From positions 124,001 through 188,000 of the forward strand of contig VRMN01000005.1 of assembly GCA_008690995.1 (NCBI GenBank): a DNA stretch of 64,000 bases, in the 5' to 3' direction. Origin of the DNA: Porphyridium purpureum (lineage: Eukaryota). How positions within the stretch are numbered: the stretch's first letter is position 1; each line of letters opens with the position of its first letter. Below the pieces are notes generated by a model, which saw only the letters and a program-made list of their open reading frames with translations, was not told where the DNA came from and searched no databases. Shown one piece after another: positions 61,927-64,000 of this stretch. A program made the translations under genes and the position numbers.

Positions 61927-64000
61927 CTAGTCACGATCATCATCACTGTTCACCAGTTTGCCACGCTCCATGTCGACTTCTTCGCGAAGCTCAACTACAT
62001 GCTCAATGACGGTCTCGATCCTTCTAAAGCCCAGCGAAGCACCATCCTGCGGTATTCTTGTCGCATCATAATCAAACTTACCGCCACGTGCGCGCATACG
62101 CATCTCACGCTCGAGCTCGAAGCGTTCTGCAGCCTGCTGCAGAATACGCTGCCATTCCTCTCGCTCACGTTGACGTGTTGCTGCTTTGCCAGAACGTCTG
62201 CTCTCTTTGAGCTCCTGATCCTCCTTTTCGTAACGATCGCGGAAGGATTTGATATTCTTCTTCATCTCATTTAGCTGGGACTTGACCAGCACTGAAGGTG
62301 GAGTAGGGCGCCAAAGAAACTCATAGAAAACGTCATGGCCGGCTGAGTGCAGTTCGCGACCCACACAATTCCAAATCATGTAACCACTTTCGAGCGAGCT
62401 GCGCTGAAAAGGAACGCTCGACGCAACAAAGCGACCCGATGGATCCCATTTGACATCCGTAGCCTGGAAGTGCTCTCCTGAACTGATTATTTCCTTGTCA
62501 GACACGTGCACCCACTCAAGTGAGCCGTTCTGTGTGGAAGTTAGCCCGGCCAGGAGAAGAATGCTGCCTTGCGGCGACCAAAACAAGTGCGAGATTGTCT
62601 TTTGTTCCAGCGTCCAAACAGGCTTAATCATATCCACAGATGCTGCCGCGCCGGGTGCGGGATTGCCCTGCATCGTGTGGATTTGGACATCCCACCGTCC
62701 ACCAGGCGAGCCATCGGAGAGCATAAAAGCAAAGCGATGTCCCCTCGGTTCCCAGCCAAAATTTGTGATCGATTCTCCCTCTTTAAATTCCATCGTCTCA
62801 ATCGGAATTCCCTTCGGCCGCATGCGAAACAACTCCAGGGTCGGGAAGCGGCCCTTCTTGCTCTTTGTCATGCGATTCACGAGGCAGCACAAATAGTCGC
62901 CCTGAGGGTGCCAGTTCATGACAATGCCGTCCACTGAGAAAAGTGCGTTATTGCGCAGCTCGCGCTTGGAAGGCAGCTCCAGTAGCGTGACACGCGCAGG
63001 CGCGTCGCTGTTCTCTGGTGTCCAGTACGCCATCACGTTATCCGTCGGCGACCACGTAAAGCGCTGCACATCGGGTATCTTGATGCTTTTCTTGTCGAGC
63101 AAGCTCATTGTCTCCACGCCGTACACTGAGATGACACCGGGGCCCATGCGAGCAAACATCGAGTCCTCGTGATTCCATGTAAAGACAGGCCACTCCATTT
63201 TCTTGCCCGCAGGCTCGCCGAGAAACCCACGCAAGCAGCGCCCTGTTGCAACCTCCCACACCTTGATGCTTTGCGGGTCCTTGGGATTGTCGCGCTCCAC
63301 CTCTAACGCATTCGATGTGATGACGTATTTTTCGTTTGGTGAGAAAAGTGCAAACTTGACGTTCTTGTGCGGGAATCGCACCACCTTTTCCCACGCACTA
63401 CCACCCCACAGCGCGATACCTTGTGCGTGGAAGGTTGTTAGGTACGAGCCACGCGGTGACCACAGCACCTTGCTGTCCGTCCAATGCGTGCGCGCATAGT
63501 CGCGCTCCGCGCGCAGCACTGAATCCTGCCAGTAGATTTCCGTCTCATCTCCGTGGCGTATGCAGAACTGCTCGCGCCCGCGCACATCCATCAGCCACGC
63601 ACTGGTATCCACCACCGTGGCGGGTGCCTGCTTGAGCCGCGCCACCTCGTCCGGCTCACGAAAGTCGTCCGTCACTGCTTGCACGCGACGCACGTCTGCG
63701 AGCGAGCACGTCACCAGCTGGTGGTTCTTGTCCAGCTGGTAGCCGTTTGTTGCCTTGAGCGCCATTTCCGCATGCGACGGTTTCTTGTAGCGCACGATCG
63801 CAAACCCTTTACTCTGCTGCGTCGCGGCGTCCACGGGCAGAAAGACCCCTCCGTCGCTGGCACCGGGCGTCTGTGCTTGGCCATCGGCCGACGTACTTGT
63901 GACCACTGGCGCCAGCTGCCCGATCTCCTTGAAGATCTTGAGCAGCACGCCGCGCAGCTTGTCGACCTTGTCCAGCCCGACGCGCGGCAAGTTATCCACG
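61927..64000 (-). CDS. EIF3B: Eukaryotic translation initiation factor 3 subunit B (5' end outside the window)
   Basis: RRM (DNLPRVG..KGFA..NGYQLDKNH) and beta-propeller (WSPRGSYLTTFH.QGIALWGG, FSPNEKY, WEPRG.RF, WDPSGRFV, FLWRP.PP). Confidence 0.96.
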   Translation of the reverse strand, partial: VDNLPRVGLDKVDKLRGVLLKIFKEIGQLAPVVTSTSADGQAQTPGASDGGVFLPVDAATQQSKGFAIVRYKKPSHAEMALKATNGYQLDKNHQLVTCSLADVRRVQAVTDDFREPDEVARLKQAPATVVDTSAWLMDVRGREQFCIRHGDETEIYWQDSVLRAERDYARTHWTDSKVLWSPRGSYLTTFHAQGIALWGGSAWEKVVRFPHKNVKFALFSPNEKYVITSNALEVERDNPKDPQSIKVWEVATGRCLRGFLGEPAGKKMEWPVFTWNHEDSMFARMGPGVISVYGVETMSLLDKKSIKIPDVQRFTWSPTDNVMAYWTPENSDAPARVTLLELPSKRELRNNALFSVDGIVMNWHPQGDYLCCLVNRMTKSKKGRFPTLELFRMRPKGIPIETMEFKEGESITNFGWEPRGHRFAFMLSDGSPGGRWDVQIHTMQGNPAPGAAASVDMIKPVWTLEQKTISHLFWSPQGSILLLAGLTSTQNGSLEWVHVSDKEIISSGEHFQATDVKWDPSGRFVASSVPFQRSSLESGYMIWNCVGRELHSAGHDVFYEFLWRPTPPSVLVKSQLNEMKKNIKSFRDRYEKEDQELKESRRSGKAATRQREREEWQRILQQAAERFELEREMRMRARGGKFDYDATRIPQDGASLGFRRIETVIEHVVELREEVDMERGKLVNSDDDRD

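Overview
Gene-dense, almost intron-free, GC-rich eukaryotic nuclear DNA. A red-algal-type LHC protein and red-algal-style plastid transit peptides (MAFVS...) suggest a unicellular rhodophyte such as Porphyridium; this is inference. About 27 protein-coding genes are supported. Recognisable ones are an RPP38-like L7Ae protein, ALG11, HTATSF1/Cus2, organellar S15, TCF25/Rqc1, MED15-like, NDH-2, SRPK, importin alpha, NF-YC, DCC1-like, SAP30-like, Lhcr, RBM34/Nop12, RNA Pol I RPA1 and eIF3b (5' truncated). No rRNA, tRNA, CRISPR array or intact transposon was recognised. The most unusual items are a plastid-targeted tandem adenylate kinase fused to a DUF3054-like membrane domain, a bacterial-like membrane-anchored GNAT, a bacterial-like LRR-kinase, a degenerate hemerythrin-like protein, and an expanded DUF3177-like membrane protein. 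Also notable are a 9-bp minisatellite in a divergent promoter, a possibly frameshifted zinc-finger gene, a probable 5'UTR intron plus hairpin in RBM34, and a very short spacer between two co-oriented organelle-targeted genes. All family calls come from recognising motifs by eye; no searches were run.
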